Source: a virus
Lineage: Duplodnaviria > Caudoviricetes
Strand: one strand, 5' to 3'
DNA length: 64,000 nucleotides
Virus record (IMG/VR): IMGVR_UViG_3300027804_002812
Coordinates: 64,001 to 128,000 of that record
Positions within the stretch are counted from its first letter, which is position 1. Every line of letters starts with the position of its first letter. Position numbers and translations under genes: made by a program. Below are positions 1-10,422 of this stretch, piece by piece. Under the pieces are notes generated by a model. The model was not told the origin of the DNA, searched no databases, and worked only from the letters and a program-made list of their open reading frames with translations.

Positions 1-3000
1 TATTCAACATTGAAGTGGTGCTTCTTGGACTAAACGCTCTTGTAGGAGTGGTACCGTTAATATATCCTTCAGTCGCAACAAAATCCTGAGGAGTTCTATT
101 CAAGTAGAACGCATTGAGTCCGAGTGGTCCATATGTTGTATATGTAGAAAGTCCAGTCGTATCAATAGTGTTAGTTGGATTTTGGTTTAATATATATGAA
201 AAATTTGTTACAGGTCTATTCGTTGTGTAGTTATACACGTCAGTAAAGTTTGCAATAATTCTTCTTTGCTCGAAAATAGTTAAAGACTTATTTGTATTAT
301 AAACTTGATTGGACAAGGCACTATTTCCTTGATTCAAATTGTTAAGACACCAAGTTTGGTCTGTGTAGGGTAAAGTATCAACAATTAAAGGGTCATTTGG
401 GGCATTAACTACTAAAGACCTTAATGCCTCTGATTTTGTTGCGGTTTGAGGTATTTTACCTAAATCCAAAGTACTAAGAATTGAAAAGGAATTTTCAGTT
501 ATTCTCTTAATATAAGGAGTAACAAAAAAATCTCTAATAAAATCTTGATAAGCTCTACCTGTTCCCGAGTTTGATATTGTTCTCAAAAATTCAGGATAGT
601 CTTGAGCATTCAGATTAAAGTTTTTAAGTTTTAATGTTAAGTAGGGAGAACTTATTCCAAGTTTCGAAATAATATTGTTTGCTTCCGCCTCAATGTTTAG
701 CGTAATTAATTCATTAATCTGATTTGTGTTACCTCTTATGAATCCAGAATAATGAGAAGTTAAAAATTGTCTTTCCCATATTTCATAAAAAAACTTTATT
801 TCTTCTTTGTTTGAATACGCTAATCCCACCGACGGGAATTCAATCGCATTAATGTTAATAATATTAGTATCCCGTTCATTATCTAACGGTGGTGGAGCAT
901 TAGGATTTTGAAACTTTTGAGTTAATCCTTTCATATATTCCTCAACAAATTCAACTTCAGGCCATTTGTCGAAAAGATATCCCTGAGTCAAATCAACAAC
1001 AGATGGGTCCGCTATGTATTTTAATTGAAATTTGTTTTTTTCATCTTGGGTTTCAACAAAAAATTGTGGCCATGGATATACAGGTATCTCAGCTAATTTT
1101 AGTCCAGTTTCTTCTTCAAATGCGTTTGCAGCTAATTTCAAATCATCTTGAGAGTCCGAACTTGGTGCTGAGGCTAAGTCATTATAAATTGCTTGTTTTC
1201 TTACTGGGTCGTATTTCACATCCCATGCATTTGTATGAACATCATCCAAAAGACGAATAAAACCCTCTGCGGATGCCATAATAACCGCTAACATATTTCT
1301 TACTGTAGGCTTAAAACCGATTCCAGTCGCGGTATCCTCAACTTTTCTTAAGAGGGCGGTAGAAATTTGGCTTTCGTAATCAGATAGTTTTTTGTTAGCT
1401 TGAGTTTCGAGTAATGTGATTTGTTTATCAAATCTTCCTTCATCTTCAAATACAAACCATTTTTCTTTAACTAAAGTACCCTTAGCTAAGAGTTCTAATG
1501 CTTCAATAACTCCAGATGGGGTTTTAGGTAATTCTATAGAAGTTGGGACAAAAAACTTTGTCAAATTAATTTTCGTCTGTGTTTCATCTATAGTACTAGG
1601 ATTTGCAATTCCAGTCTGAATTCTAGTTGTTTCTCTCCAATTTATTTCTGAAAACACCGGAGCCGTTGTTTCAATCATATCATACTTTATAGGGTTTGGT
1701 ATCGGAGCGGCACCTTTAGAACCTAAAGTCGGATTATTTGCTAAAGCATCATTAAATTTTACAATATCCCCTTGTAGTTGAGTTATCGCAGTTTCTTTAG
1801 CTTCTTTTGACAAGTCTTTGAATACGTATAATTTTTGACCTGTTTTAAGAACTATTGGCTTAGTATTCAAATTAATGTTAAACCAAGATGTATTTGACCC
1901 TCTTACTGCAGTAAAATATTGTGTGAGAACAGATTTATAATTTCTTATATTCGTTAATGATTCAACTTCAGTTTTGTCAAATGAATCTGCAATTAGTTGT
2001 TCAAAACTCTCCAACTTATTCATAAGTTGTACTAATGTCAATTCAGGAAAGTCGGGAGCAATTAACCCTTTAGCTTTGTATTCACTATAAACTTCTATTA
2101 TTTTTTGATACCCTTTTTCCGCAACAAGTTGAGTAACCACCGCTTCATTAGAATCTAAATTATTGGCTCCCCTTTCGGCTTGAGTACTTGCTTGAGACTC
2201 CGCTGCCTTATTGGGTTGTTGTGGCCCATCTACTGTTTGAGTAACATCAAACCTTTGGCTGTACATGTGTGGAGCCGCCAATAGGTGACCCATAGAAACT
2301 TCATTCAAGATATTAAATTTATATCCGACGAAATTTAATCTAACCTGATAATTTCCGCTAAATCCATTAAACGAAGCATGGAAATTTTTTAAGTTAAGTT
2401 GATATCTAATTGCTTGTCCATAATACCCTTTTAATGTAAGATAGAATTGTGGGTATGGCAAATTAAAAAATGCGGAGTAAGGGGAATTGTTTCCTAATTG
2501 AAATAGCCCTTTCCCTTGAACATCTTCCAACAACATTTCTACAGTAGGAATGAAACTTGATGACGTTTTTATATTAATTGATGTAATTCCTAACAATCCA
2601 TTATCAATTATGTCTTTTTGATTTACAACCGTGTCAAGTATATAAGGGTTACTATTATCTGTCGCAGGCTGTGCTATTGCGGCTTTTTGATTTTCCCCTT
2701 TGAATTGTGTTGTATTTTCTCCAGTTAACTCATCATAATAACCTGTTCCAAGATACGAATTTTTACTAGGTTTCAAAAAATTCATTTTCGCCACAGAGAT
2801 AGTTCCGATTCTATCATTAGGACTCCCACCAACCGATAATTTTGTTCTCGGTAGAACATCAGCTTCAAGATTGGCGTACATGACAAGATTTTCATGGTCA
2901 ACAAGTCTTTCTCTAATATTTCCAAAATTATCTGTAGTTTTGTTAGGGTCGACTACAATAATATTGTTTTCGTCCAACTCAACTAAAATATTTCCACTTG

Positions 3001-3025
3001 TGTCCGCTTGTGTGTTACCTACCAT
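1..3025 (-). CDS. Large tail/baseplate-associated protein (>=1008 aa, truncated by window edge); possibly baseplate hub-like
   Basis: Not in ORF track. Manual translation from ATG at 3025 (overlapping end of 3015..3338): MVGNTQADTSGNILVELDENNIIVVDPNK...LLGITSINIKTSSSFIPTVEMLLEDVQGKGLFQLGNNSPYSAFFNLPYPQFYLTLKGYYG... open to base 1. Function inferred from position after wedge gene only. Confidence 0.55.
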   Translation of the reverse strand, partial: MVGNTQADTSGNILVELDENNIIVVDPNKTTDNFGNIRERLVDHENLVMYANLEADVLPRTKLSVGGSPNDRIGTISVAKMNFLKPSKNSYLGTGYYDELTGENTTQFKGENQKAAIAQPATDNSNPYILDTVVNQKDIIDNGLLGITSINIKTSSSFIPTVEMLLEDVQGKGLFQLGNNSPYSAFFNLPYPQFYLTLKGYYGQAIRYQLNLKNFHASFNGFSGNYQVRLNFVGYKFNILNEVSMGHLLAAPHMYSQRFDVTQTVDGPQQPNKAAESQASTQAERGANNLDSNEAVVTQLVAEKGYQKIIEVYSEYKAKGLIAPDFPELTLVQLMNKLESFEQLIADSFDKTEVESLTNIRNYKSVLTQYFTAVRGSNTSWFNINLNTKPIVLKTGQKLYVFKDLSKEAKETAITQLQGDIVKFNDALANNPTLGSKGAAPIPNPIKYDMIETTAPVFSEINWRETTRIQTGIANPSTIDETQTKINLTKFFVPTSIELPKTPSGVIEALELLAKGTLVKEKWFVFEDEGRFDKQITLLETQANKKLSDYESQISTALLRKVEDTATGIGFKPTVRNMLAVIMASAEGFIRLLDDVHTNAWDVKYDPVRKQAIYNDLASAPSSDSQDDLKLAANAFEEETGLKLAEIPVYPWPQFFVETQDEKNKFQLKYIADPSVVDLTQGYLFDKWPEVEFVEEYMKGLTQKFQNPNAPPPLDNERDTNIININAIEFPSVGLAYSNKEEIKFFYEIWERQFLTSHYSGFIRGNTNQINELITLNIEAEANNIISKLGISSPYLTLKLKNFNLNAQDYPEFLRTISNSGTGRAYQDFIRDFFVTPYIKRITENSFSILSTLDLGKIPQTATKSEALRSLVVNAPNDPLIVDTLPYTDQTWCLNNLNQGNSALSNQVYNTNKSLTIFEQRRIIANFTDVYNYTTNRPVTNFSYILNQNPTNTIDTTGLSTYTTYGPLGLNAFYLNRTPQDFVATEGYINGTTPTRAFSPRSTTSMLN

Positions 3026-3338
3026 AATAATAAAAATGATTTTCTAATGCCGCCTTATAGTCCTGTAAAGATGGTAATAACGGAAATGGGATAATCAATA
3101 CAGCCCCATCATAAATATTATTTTCAAGACCTCCAAATTGCGGATTCGCCTGAAGGATTAACCAGCTAAATACAGGTGAGTTATAAAATTCTTGTGAAAC
3201 TTTATCTAGTCTACTTTTAGCAACTTTATAGATAAATGCCTTATCTGTTGGTTTTTGAGGCAGGTATACAAAGGGTACAACTGTTTGTTCCCCATTAATA
3301 AGAAAATCACTATATCTATTCCAATATTGATATGCCAT
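3015..3338 (-). CDS. LysM-like / T4 gp53-like baseplate wedge protein
   Basis: 107 aa; SRLDKVSQEFYNSPVFSWLILQANP matches the RLD..AY..YG....WW.I..AN pattern of gp53/tail-X LysM-like proteins; position in baseplate block. Confidence 0.7.
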   Translation of the reverse strand: MAYQYWNRYSDFLINGEQTVVPFVYLPQKPTDKAFIYKVAKSRLDKVSQEFYNSPVFSWLILQANPQFGGLENNIYDGAVLIIPFPLLPSLQDYKAALENHFYYYGR

Positions 3339-6300
3339 TAGTTAAGTTTTGCTTTAGATATATATGCGCCAGATCCGTTTCCATTTGTATCATTCCAAGT
3401 TAATATATTAGTATTTTGATTTGTTGTATTTGCCAAACCTTTTATCATATTTTCTTGAGATTTTTTTTGTCCACTATCCGCAGAATTCTCTGTTGTAAAG
3501 GTCAAATTTCTTTGTTTGTTAGAGTCGAATGGTGTATAAATTAAATAATCTTTCAAGTCATTTTTTTCTAAATTTTCTATAAATGATTTTGTAATATTAT
3601 TTTCTTCTAAGAAAATAGGTCTAGCAGTTGCAATCCAATACGTATCAAATATTTTTTCAATGTCAACTGATCCATCACCAAGTAATGCTTGGTTACCGAG
3701 AATATTTCCTATAAGTTCTTGTTTGAATGTTTCATATTTTTTTCCATCGATTACATCATCAGAAATAATCATATATACTCTTCTAAAAGGATAGTTTTCA
3801 ACATTATCCCCAAATAAAGGATTAGTACTAAATGGTAAGAAAACTTTTTCAACTGTAACTACATTTGATTTTCCATTTGCGGTTTCGAACACTAATATTC
3901 CTTCATATGTAGTACTAGTCGCAGGATACACGAATTTTTTTCTATCTTGAATTATTACATTAAATGCCGCAATATCTTGTTGTATTTTGGTTGTATCTTG
4001 AACTAACTCCAAATATGTATCTGTTACAGCACTTGTCGAAGTTGGGTGTACGTCTGTCGTTCCTGACGTTACATATATTCGGACAGGTCCATTTTTAGCC
4101 TGTAGTCCATCAGTACCTGTGTTAGAATCTGTTGGGTCAAACAATATTGTATTTAGTCTACCAAGAGTTTGTAGATATGTCTGTTCTTCATTCACTAAAC
4201 TCTGTGTTATTGTTGAAATTCCATTCTGAAATGAACTTCTTTTCTTTGATACAAAATTTCGATAATTTTCTTTCAGAGCTCTAATTAACTTAGGTGATAA
4301 ATTTTTTGATGGTTCAGAAATAAATTTAATAAATCCTTCTGTACCATCTTTTATATTTTCATCAAGTTGTACAAATATTTCATCAAATCTTTTCTCCACA
4401 TTATTAGGTTTTCCAAACAATACTACTGTGTCAGCGGATACATTGAAATTACCTTGAGTGTAATTTCTTTCTATCATCCATTGTTGTCTTACCGCATTAT
4501 TATATTGATTGACAGTTTCCTTGGTCTTATTGACAACATTTGTAAAATACGTCTGAGTGTCACTAACAACCTTACCCATAAATTCACTATAACTTATTAC
4601 ACCCGTTGTGATTCCACTCACATCTATTAAAGAACTGATTATCGTACCAATAGTATTATTATTATCTTGACCATTGTTTGGTGCGGCACTGTTGACACCA
4701 GGAATTGGTGGAGGAACTTGACCCGCCAAAAATATTTGGTCTAATATTTTTGAAGACTCAATATCCGTGGCATCCGCCCTATCATCATAAATTTCTGTGT
4801 TAGCATAGTAATTGAAGGTTAATGCATTCTGTAACTTGTCAACCGACTCTTTCAATCCACTACCTCCAACAAAGTTAAATGATAATGTAACGTTTGCAAT
4901 CATTGGTTGAACACCAATTCCTTCAGGATTGATATCTAACCCTTCATAATTGATTGCTAGCGATGTAGGAATAATCTTTGTATTATAAAAATCACCTACT
5001 CGCAACACTAACACAGGAGGTACACCAAATGAGGTGTTGGTAGCATTATCATACTGTAATTCTTTATTGCCACTCGGAGTAGATTGTTTAACTGTTGGTA
5101 TTGTATCACCAGGTCTCATACACTGTTGTAGAAAAGTTAACCTTGAGTTTAACCCTTCAGGTGTCATAGAATGAAACGATGGTTGAAAAAACTTTAACTT
5201 ATCCTTCAGATTATCATATACCATTGGAGTTTCAGCTTTTATAGTTTCAAAGTAGTCACACTCGGATAATAAGGCTCTCACCACTTTTTTGGTTATATTA
5301 TCTCTTGGTTCCCATCTTGTTTCAATAACTGGTTCAGGTACAGTCTGAGTGACAACATTTCCAATTAAAATTGGGATTGTACCAGAACTTGTTGTAGGAT
5401 TTGTCTGTCCTCCTGGTGTCCCTTGACCATTAGGTTCTGTCTGTGGTGCCTTCAAATTCGGAACTATCTTGGAAATGTACGACCTTCTACAAGCCATTGC
5501 TCCAACTGTAAAAACTTCTAAAGCCCCAACTTTTATGTCTCCTCCAACAGCATTTGGATTAGTGTCACTACAACCAAAAGTTTTTCCGTTTGGTTGTAGT
5601 GAATCAATATATGGCCCTTTAGTTAAATTACTTTTCTTTGGATTTGATATTGCAGCTTCTCCGAGTCCACCGGCTCGTTCTTCTGGTGTACCAGGATCTT
5701 CTTTTACCATCAACCGACTTTGAGACATGAATGTTTTAGTTGCGTTGTTTTCTTGAAAGAATCTAACTGTCGCTTCTATTCTACGTTGTGATAATTCAAG
5801 ATTATATGATTCAGTTTGAGGTGCAGAACAACTCGAACTTACATATACTGTTACAGTACCTTCATTAGTTTCCAATTGTTTTCCTAAATCAATTGCAAAC
5901 TCATTCATTGCCTCGTAGTTTGGAGTAACAGTTGTATCAAAAAAAGTCTTAGTTTCTTGTGCATTAGGTCTTTTGGAATAATTTTCATTAACATCCGTAG
6001 TGTATCTTGCATATTCGGTAGTATAATTTATACTTGTTTTTGGTAACGGATAATCATTTCCAAAATAAAATCCTATTTGTATATATTTGTCAAAGTTCAA
6101 GTTTGTGTTTCCTCCTCCACCTTCTTGGGCGAGTGGCTGATCTCCTCCATTAGGTGAAAAAGCTCCTGATTCTATGGTTCCACGAGTATATACAATTTGT
6201 TCTCGGGTCATTTCCTTTGAAGAAATTGCCTGTTGTAATTCGAACAAATCATTTGGATTTACTGTTACATATTTTTTTGCTAACTCATAGATATCATATT

Positions 6301-8467
6301 TTCTACATCCAGCAAAAAATGATTCTAAAATACTGTCAACACGAGTCTTGTTTGTTTCGTTACCCAAAACTTTATTCACAATGACATTAAGAACTGATGG
6401 ATGGTCTACTACAATTTTCCATTGTAGTGATCCCGTTCTTGATGTATTTTTATAAGTGTATATTGGTTCAGGTCGTCCCAAAAAGTCAGATTGATTCCAA
6501 TTCGATGATATGTTTTCACTGAATGTTAATCCATATGGTGGAAACCACATAACTCTACCACCATTAGGACCTCTCTCACAAACAGGTAAATCAGACGTTG
6601 AAAATCCTGGAGTGCTAGATGTTCTCCATGCCAAATTTTCTAAAGAAAACATATATTTTTTGGCAACCGCATTGTTTATTGTACCAACAATATTCGTTGA
6701 ATCCTGTCCACCTTCTTGTTTGTTTGGTACAATATTAAGGTTATAAGTTTTATCTAATACTGAATACGCAAATCTTCTTCCTTCAGTTGTAATACCATCT
6801 GTTTTCTGTAAATCATTATATTGTAAGTATGGTAAATCTTTGGCAAATACACGACAATATTCAGTACCTACCTCTTGCCCGATTGCTCCAACGTATCTAT
6901 AAACTCTTGAACCCTTCGTAAGTTCTTTATATCCATCATTGAATACTTTACTTACTTGGTCTATTGCATTTCCAACGTGTTGAAGACGTTTACCTCCTTG
7001 AGGCTGACTATCAATTATTCTTTGTGTTTTGTCAAGAATAGACCCATCTCTGAAATCGTTATTAACTGACTCTGTATTAACGTAAGACGATGGTCTAAAG
7101 TCCTCATCTTGTTCAGTAACCTCACCACCAATACCAACTTTTTTACCAGCATTACCTCTGTACTTAGGTGAAACCCAAGTAAATCCACCTTCAATACCTC
7201 CACCATTACTATATGTCGGCCCATTCGCACCAAGTCTTACAGATTGACTTGGTCCTTCATATAACTGAGCTAACTCTGAAGGACCATAGACAGGTGACTG
7301 TTGTTCAACACCGAATTGGTTAACAGGAACATCTCCAACAGGAGAAAATACTTGAGATGGATTGGAAGTTATACTTCCAACATAAAAGTTACTATTATCA
7401 GATACTGTACCTAAAAGAGTACCACCTACCCTTTGGAAAAAGTTTCTTGGGAAATTAGGTTTGTATCTGTTAAAATCTATGTTTTTGAACAACCGAGACC
7501 TTTGTCCCGCACCCATGTTATTAAACATGATTTGAGATCCAGTTTCACCACCACCCATTAATCGATTAAAGAACTTACCAACACCACTTTGTCTAAAAGC
7601 ATTGGATAGTTGTTGTATTGTGGTTGGCTGACCTAAAGTTGTATTTGGGTCAAAATATGAACCTGGTATAGGTGATACAGGTAATATACTTCCTCCGAGT
7701 CTTAAAGCAAAGTTCGTTGCTGCAAGTATTGGGTTTGCAGTTACTGTGATAGTATAAACAGGCTCAATGATAGGAACAACACCTGTTAATATATTAACAA
7801 TGTCAGTACCACTAGAAACGTTAAGAATATTTGCCCTACCTAGTGTATCTTGTCGTATTTGAGCTGCAATTCTTTGTTCAAACTCTCTTCTCAAAGTTTG
7901 AGCACCTAAACGAGCAATAAATGAATCTTGACTCAAAAAACCATTACTTCCGCTCGGATCAGGGGACAATAATATTGATACAGGAGTATAATTGGAAGAT
8001 ACAAATGTTGTTGGATATGGTTGGTTGTTATTACCATTGGTAGTAATTGGTCTATTTAATGATCCGAAAAACTCCGCACTATCCAACTGAACCTGATTCC
8101 CATTTGAAAAAACATTAAGAGGTTTCCACTTTTGAGATTCTGGTAACGATTGACCTACGATATTTGCATCTTGGTATCCATATTCACCCTCATTGGATTT
8201 CGTGTTTAATAATGCTCCTGGATCCGGTACCTGTTCATATCCACCCTCATTTCCATATTGATTTAGTGGATATAACTTATTTGCAAAAGAAGGTTCATCA
8301 ATCAATTTATCAGGACTATCTTGAACTGACGAATTCGATTGAACGTATTCCGTATCGATTGGTTGTGTTGGTCTATTTGGGGCTTTTGCATAGGGTGTTA
8401 AATTCCTAGTCAAAAGTTTTTTTCTGAAACCCTCTGAATTTGCTAAATCTAATAACGGACTTGCCAT
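3338..8467 (-). CDS. Multidomain baseplate/tail-tube-initiator-like protein with inserted OmpA-like peptidoglycan-binding domain
   Basis: 1709 aa; FPPYGLTFSENISSNWNQSDFLGRPEPIYTYKNTSRTGSLQWKIVVDHP and RLTFLQQCMRP...PPVLVLRVGDFYNTKII...PMIANVTLSFNFVGG are the two halves of a GpU/gp48-54/CIS-tube-type domain; FYFGND...SSSCSAPQTESYNLELSQRRIEAT is the OmpA-C signature. Confidence 0.65.
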   Translation of the reverse strand: MASPLLDLANSEGFRKKLLTRNLTPYAKAPNRPTQPIDTEYVQSNSSVQDSPDKLIDEPSFANKLYPLNQYGNEGGYEQVPDPGALLNTKSNEGEYGYQDANIVGQSLPESQKWKPLNVFSNGNQVQLDSAEFFGSLNRPITTNGNNNQPYPTTFVSSNYTPVSILLSPDPSGSNGFLSQDSFIARLGAQTLRREFEQRIAAQIRQDTLGRANILNVSSGTDIVNILTGVVPIIEPVYTITVTANPILAATNFALRLGGSILPVSPIPGSYFDPNTTLGQPTTIQQLSNAFRQSGVGKFFNRLMGGGETGSQIMFNNMGAGQRSRLFKNIDFNRYKPNFPRNFFQRVGGTLLGTVSDNSNFYVGSITSNPSQVFSPVGDVPVNQFGVEQQSPVYGPSELAQLYEGPSQSVRLGANGPTYSNGGGIEGGFTWVSPKYRGNAGKKVGIGGEVTEQDEDFRPSSYVNTESVNNDFRDGSILDKTQRIIDSQPQGGKRLQHVGNAIDQVSKVFNDGYKELTKGSRVYRYVGAIGQEVGTEYCRVFAKDLPYLQYNDLQKTDGITTEGRRFAYSVLDKTYNLNIVPNKQEGGQDSTNIVGTINNAVAKKYMFSLENLAWRTSSTPGFSTSDLPVCERGPNGGRVMWFPPYGLTFSENISSNWNQSDFLGRPEPIYTYKNTSRTGSLQWKIVVDHPSVLNVIVNKVLGNETNKTRVDSILESFFAGCRKYDIYELAKKYVTVNPNDLFELQQAISSKEMTREQIVYTRGTIESGAFSPNGGDQPLAQEGGGGNTNLNFDKYIQIGFYFGNDYPLPKTSINYTTEYARYTTDVNENYSKRPNAQETKTFFDTTVTPNYEAMNEFAIDLGKQLETNEGTVTVYVSSSCSAPQTESYNLELSQRRIEATVRFFQENNATKTFMSQSRLMVKEDPGTPEERAGGLGEAAISNPKKSNLTKGPYIDSLQPNGKTFGCSDTNPNAVGGDIKVGALEVFTVGAMACRRSYISKIVPNLKAPQTEPNGQGTPGGQTNPTTSSGTIPILIGNVVTQTVPEPVIETRWEPRDNITKKVVRALLSECDYFETIKAETPMVYDNLKDKLKFFQPSFHSMTPEGLNSRLTFLQQCMRPGDTIPTVKQSTPSGNKELQYDNATNTSFGVPPVLVLRVGDFYNTKIIPTSLAINYEGLDINPEGIGVQPMIANVTLSFNFVGGSGLKESVDKLQNALTFNYYANTEIYDDRADATDIESSKILDQIFLAGQVPPPIPGVNSAAPNNGQDNNNTIGTIISSLIDVSGITTGVISYSEFMGKVVSDTQTYFTNVVNKTKETVNQYNNAVRQQWMIERNYTQGNFNVSADTVVLFGKPNNVEKRFDEIFVQLDENIKDGTEGFIKFISEPSKNLSPKLIRALKENYRNFVSKKRSSFQNGISTITQSLVNEEQTYLQTLGRLNTILFDPTDSNTGTDGLQAKNGPVRIYVTSGTTDVHPTSTSAVTDTYLELVQDTTKIQQDIAAFNVIIQDRKKFVYPATSTTYEGILVFETANGKSNVVTVEKVFLPFSTNPLFGDNVENYPFRRVYMIISDDVIDGKKYETFKQELIGNILGNQALLGDGSVDIEKIFDTYWIATARPIFLEENNITKSFIENLEKNDLKDYLIYTPFDSNKQRNLTFTTENSADSGQKKSQENMIKGLANTTNQNTNILTWNDTNGNGSGAYISKAKLN

Positions 8468-8517
8468 TTATATTTTTATTAATAAATAGGTTATGATTGT
8501 TTTTTTATTTATAAATT

Positions 8518-10371
8518 TCAGTAGGATGCTCCTCCTCCACCTTTATATGCATTACTCGGAGTAGTAACATTAACGATATAATCCTTAAATCTCTGCTCAT
8601 TAATCTTGTCAGAGAAAGTTTTGGTAATTTGTTCTTTCTGTTCTGAACTTAATCCTGTCGGCATATCTTGGAATTTCACGTTTACCTTTATTTCTCCAAG
8701 TAACTCAATAAGGCTTTTTTGTTCTCTTACTTGGTTCTCAACAGTACCTAAATTTCGGTTAGCCCCCGACATTCCTTCGACTGTAAGGCTTGTCCAAAAA
8801 TCATCTTCAGTTGTTGTTCCTCCACTACCACCTTTCTTCAATGGATTTAATTCAAAATCTGAAACTTTTGTTGCTAAATTTTCCAAAATTTTATCAATAT
8901 TTTCACCAGCCTTTCCTAAATATCCACCTTCGTTGGCTAATTCTTTTTTTATTTGTTCAGCAGCTCCTGACAATTTTTCTTTTGATTCTCCAGTCAACTT
9001 TATGAACGACCCACCTGTTTCTGTTACTAACGTAGTTAATGCTCCCTTAATATCTCCGGATGAAATCATTGTCTCTATACTACCCTTAAACTTTTCGCTG
9101 AGTTCTTCACTTGATTTCCTAATTGAATCTGTAGTAACAGTATCAACACCAGCCCTTCCAGTAATTTCTGCAAGGGTTCGACCACCTTCACGTAAATCTG
9201 CAATATTTTTGTCGGTAAGTATCCCTCCTAAAACCGCGTATTTAATAGCCGCGATATCACTCTGCATAATCTCATTAACAGTTAATTGGGATCTTTGTAA
9301 CTCTTCAACAGTTTTTGGTCCTGTTTTTTGAGCTTCAATTAATTTTTCAAATTCAGGTTGTGTAAGGTCGGCTAACTCTTTCTGAGTTCCATCTTTCAAT
9401 GTCACTTGGTAAGTTCCATCCTTGCCCAATTTAGCAATATTCGCTAAATATTGTTTGTCTTCTTCATTAACTATTGATAGACCCGCAGAATTGACTGCAG
9501 CAAGTCTATCGTCTAATTCTGCTGCTGCTAATCCCATTTTAGATAAAGATCCTGCACTCAAATTAGCAGCTTGCTCCATTTCTCGGAGAATCAAAACTCC
9601 TTGTGGATTCATTTTGTATGTTTTTGATTTTTCATCAAAAAACGTATACTGTTTTGAAACTTCTGCCAAACTATCTTGTAAAGCACCGGGATCATTAATT
9701 GATGCATTCATCAAAGCAAAAGGGTCAACTAAATTGCCAGCAGCAACTCCCAATCTTTGGAACGCCGACGCAACTTCAATCGCACCCTCAGGTGAGATTA
9801 CCTTTTCTGCCAGAGCAAATGTATTTGACATTTCAAATCTCAACATCGATGCTTGGGCCGCCATTTTTGTTAATCCTACAACACCACCTTCGAACTGATA
9901 TCGGTTCATCTGATCCATGTTCTTTTGGACATCCTGCATGACTTGACGAGCATTACCTCCAATACCTCTAACATAGTCGATAGACTCTTCTAGTTTTTTT
10001 GACATTTGTTCAATTCCAACACCAACGTCCAAAAAACTATTAGTTAAATCTTGCGCACTTATTCCAAGAGTTTTTGTAGCAGCAAATAACGACTTAATTT
10101 CTTCATCATTCGCAACAACATTCCTACGTGCGGCAACACCAACTTCTTGTATGATTCTACCAACATCCTTTATATCCCCCCCTAAACTCCTAACCCCAGG
10201 TAACGAATCTGTTATCGCTCTTTGAAATTCAAAAACTCTCTCCCTACCTTGAGTAAAGGTACCAATAATTTGATTAGATACTTTATCTAAACTTATTCGA
10301 ACATCGTCAATGTTAAAACTTTCGGGTTTTGAAGCTCCGGTATCACCGGCGGTTTCTGCTTGAAAAAACAT
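8518..10371 (-). CDS. Tape-measure-like protein
   Basis: 617 aa, Ala/Gly/Gln-rich, helical; canonical position downstream of tail tube and tail assembly chaperone. Confidence 0.65.
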   Translation of the reverse strand: MFFQAETAGDTGASKPESFNIDDVRISLDKVSNQIIGTFTQGRERVFEFQRAITDSLPGVRSLGGDIKDVGRIIQEVGVAARRNVVANDEEIKSLFAATKTLGISAQDLTNSFLDVGVGIEQMSKKLEESIDYVRGIGGNARQVMQDVQKNMDQMNRYQFEGGVVGLTKMAAQASMLRFEMSNTFALAEKVISPEGAIEVASAFQRLGVAAGNLVDPFALMNASINDPGALQDSLAEVSKQYTFFDEKSKTYKMNPQGVLILREMEQAANLSAGSLSKMGLAAAELDDRLAAVNSAGLSIVNEEDKQYLANIAKLGKDGTYQVTLKDGTQKELADLTQPEFEKLIEAQKTGPKTVEELQRSQLTVNEIMQSDIAAIKYAVLGGILTDKNIADLREGGRTLAEITGRAGVDTVTTDSIRKSSEELSEKFKGSIETMISSGDIKGALTTLVTETGGSFIKLTGESKEKLSGAAEQIKKELANEGGYLGKAGENIDKILENLATKVSDFELNPLKKGGSGGTTTEDDFWTSLTVEGMSGANRNLGTVENQVREQKSLIELLGEIKVNVKFQDMPTGLSSEQKEQITKTFSDKINEQRFKDYIVNVTTPSNAYKGGGGASY

Positions 10372-10396
10372 AATTGATTATTATATCTATAAATAT

Positions 10397-10422
10397 AAAA
10401 GGACTGATTTTTCAGTCCTTTT
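10397..10422 (-). terminator. Rho-independent terminator after chaperone locus
   Basis: Perfect inverted repeat AAAAGGACTGA-N4-TCAGTCCTTTT overlapping the stop of the hidden ORF 10412..10591; T-runs on both strands. Confidence 0.75.

Noticed and set aside
8606-9941. Long antisense ORFs (241 aa, 158 aa, 80 aa) over the tape measure gene
   Set aside because: Shadow frames with Ser/Phe/Leu-biased, non-protein-like composition; no start context or motifs
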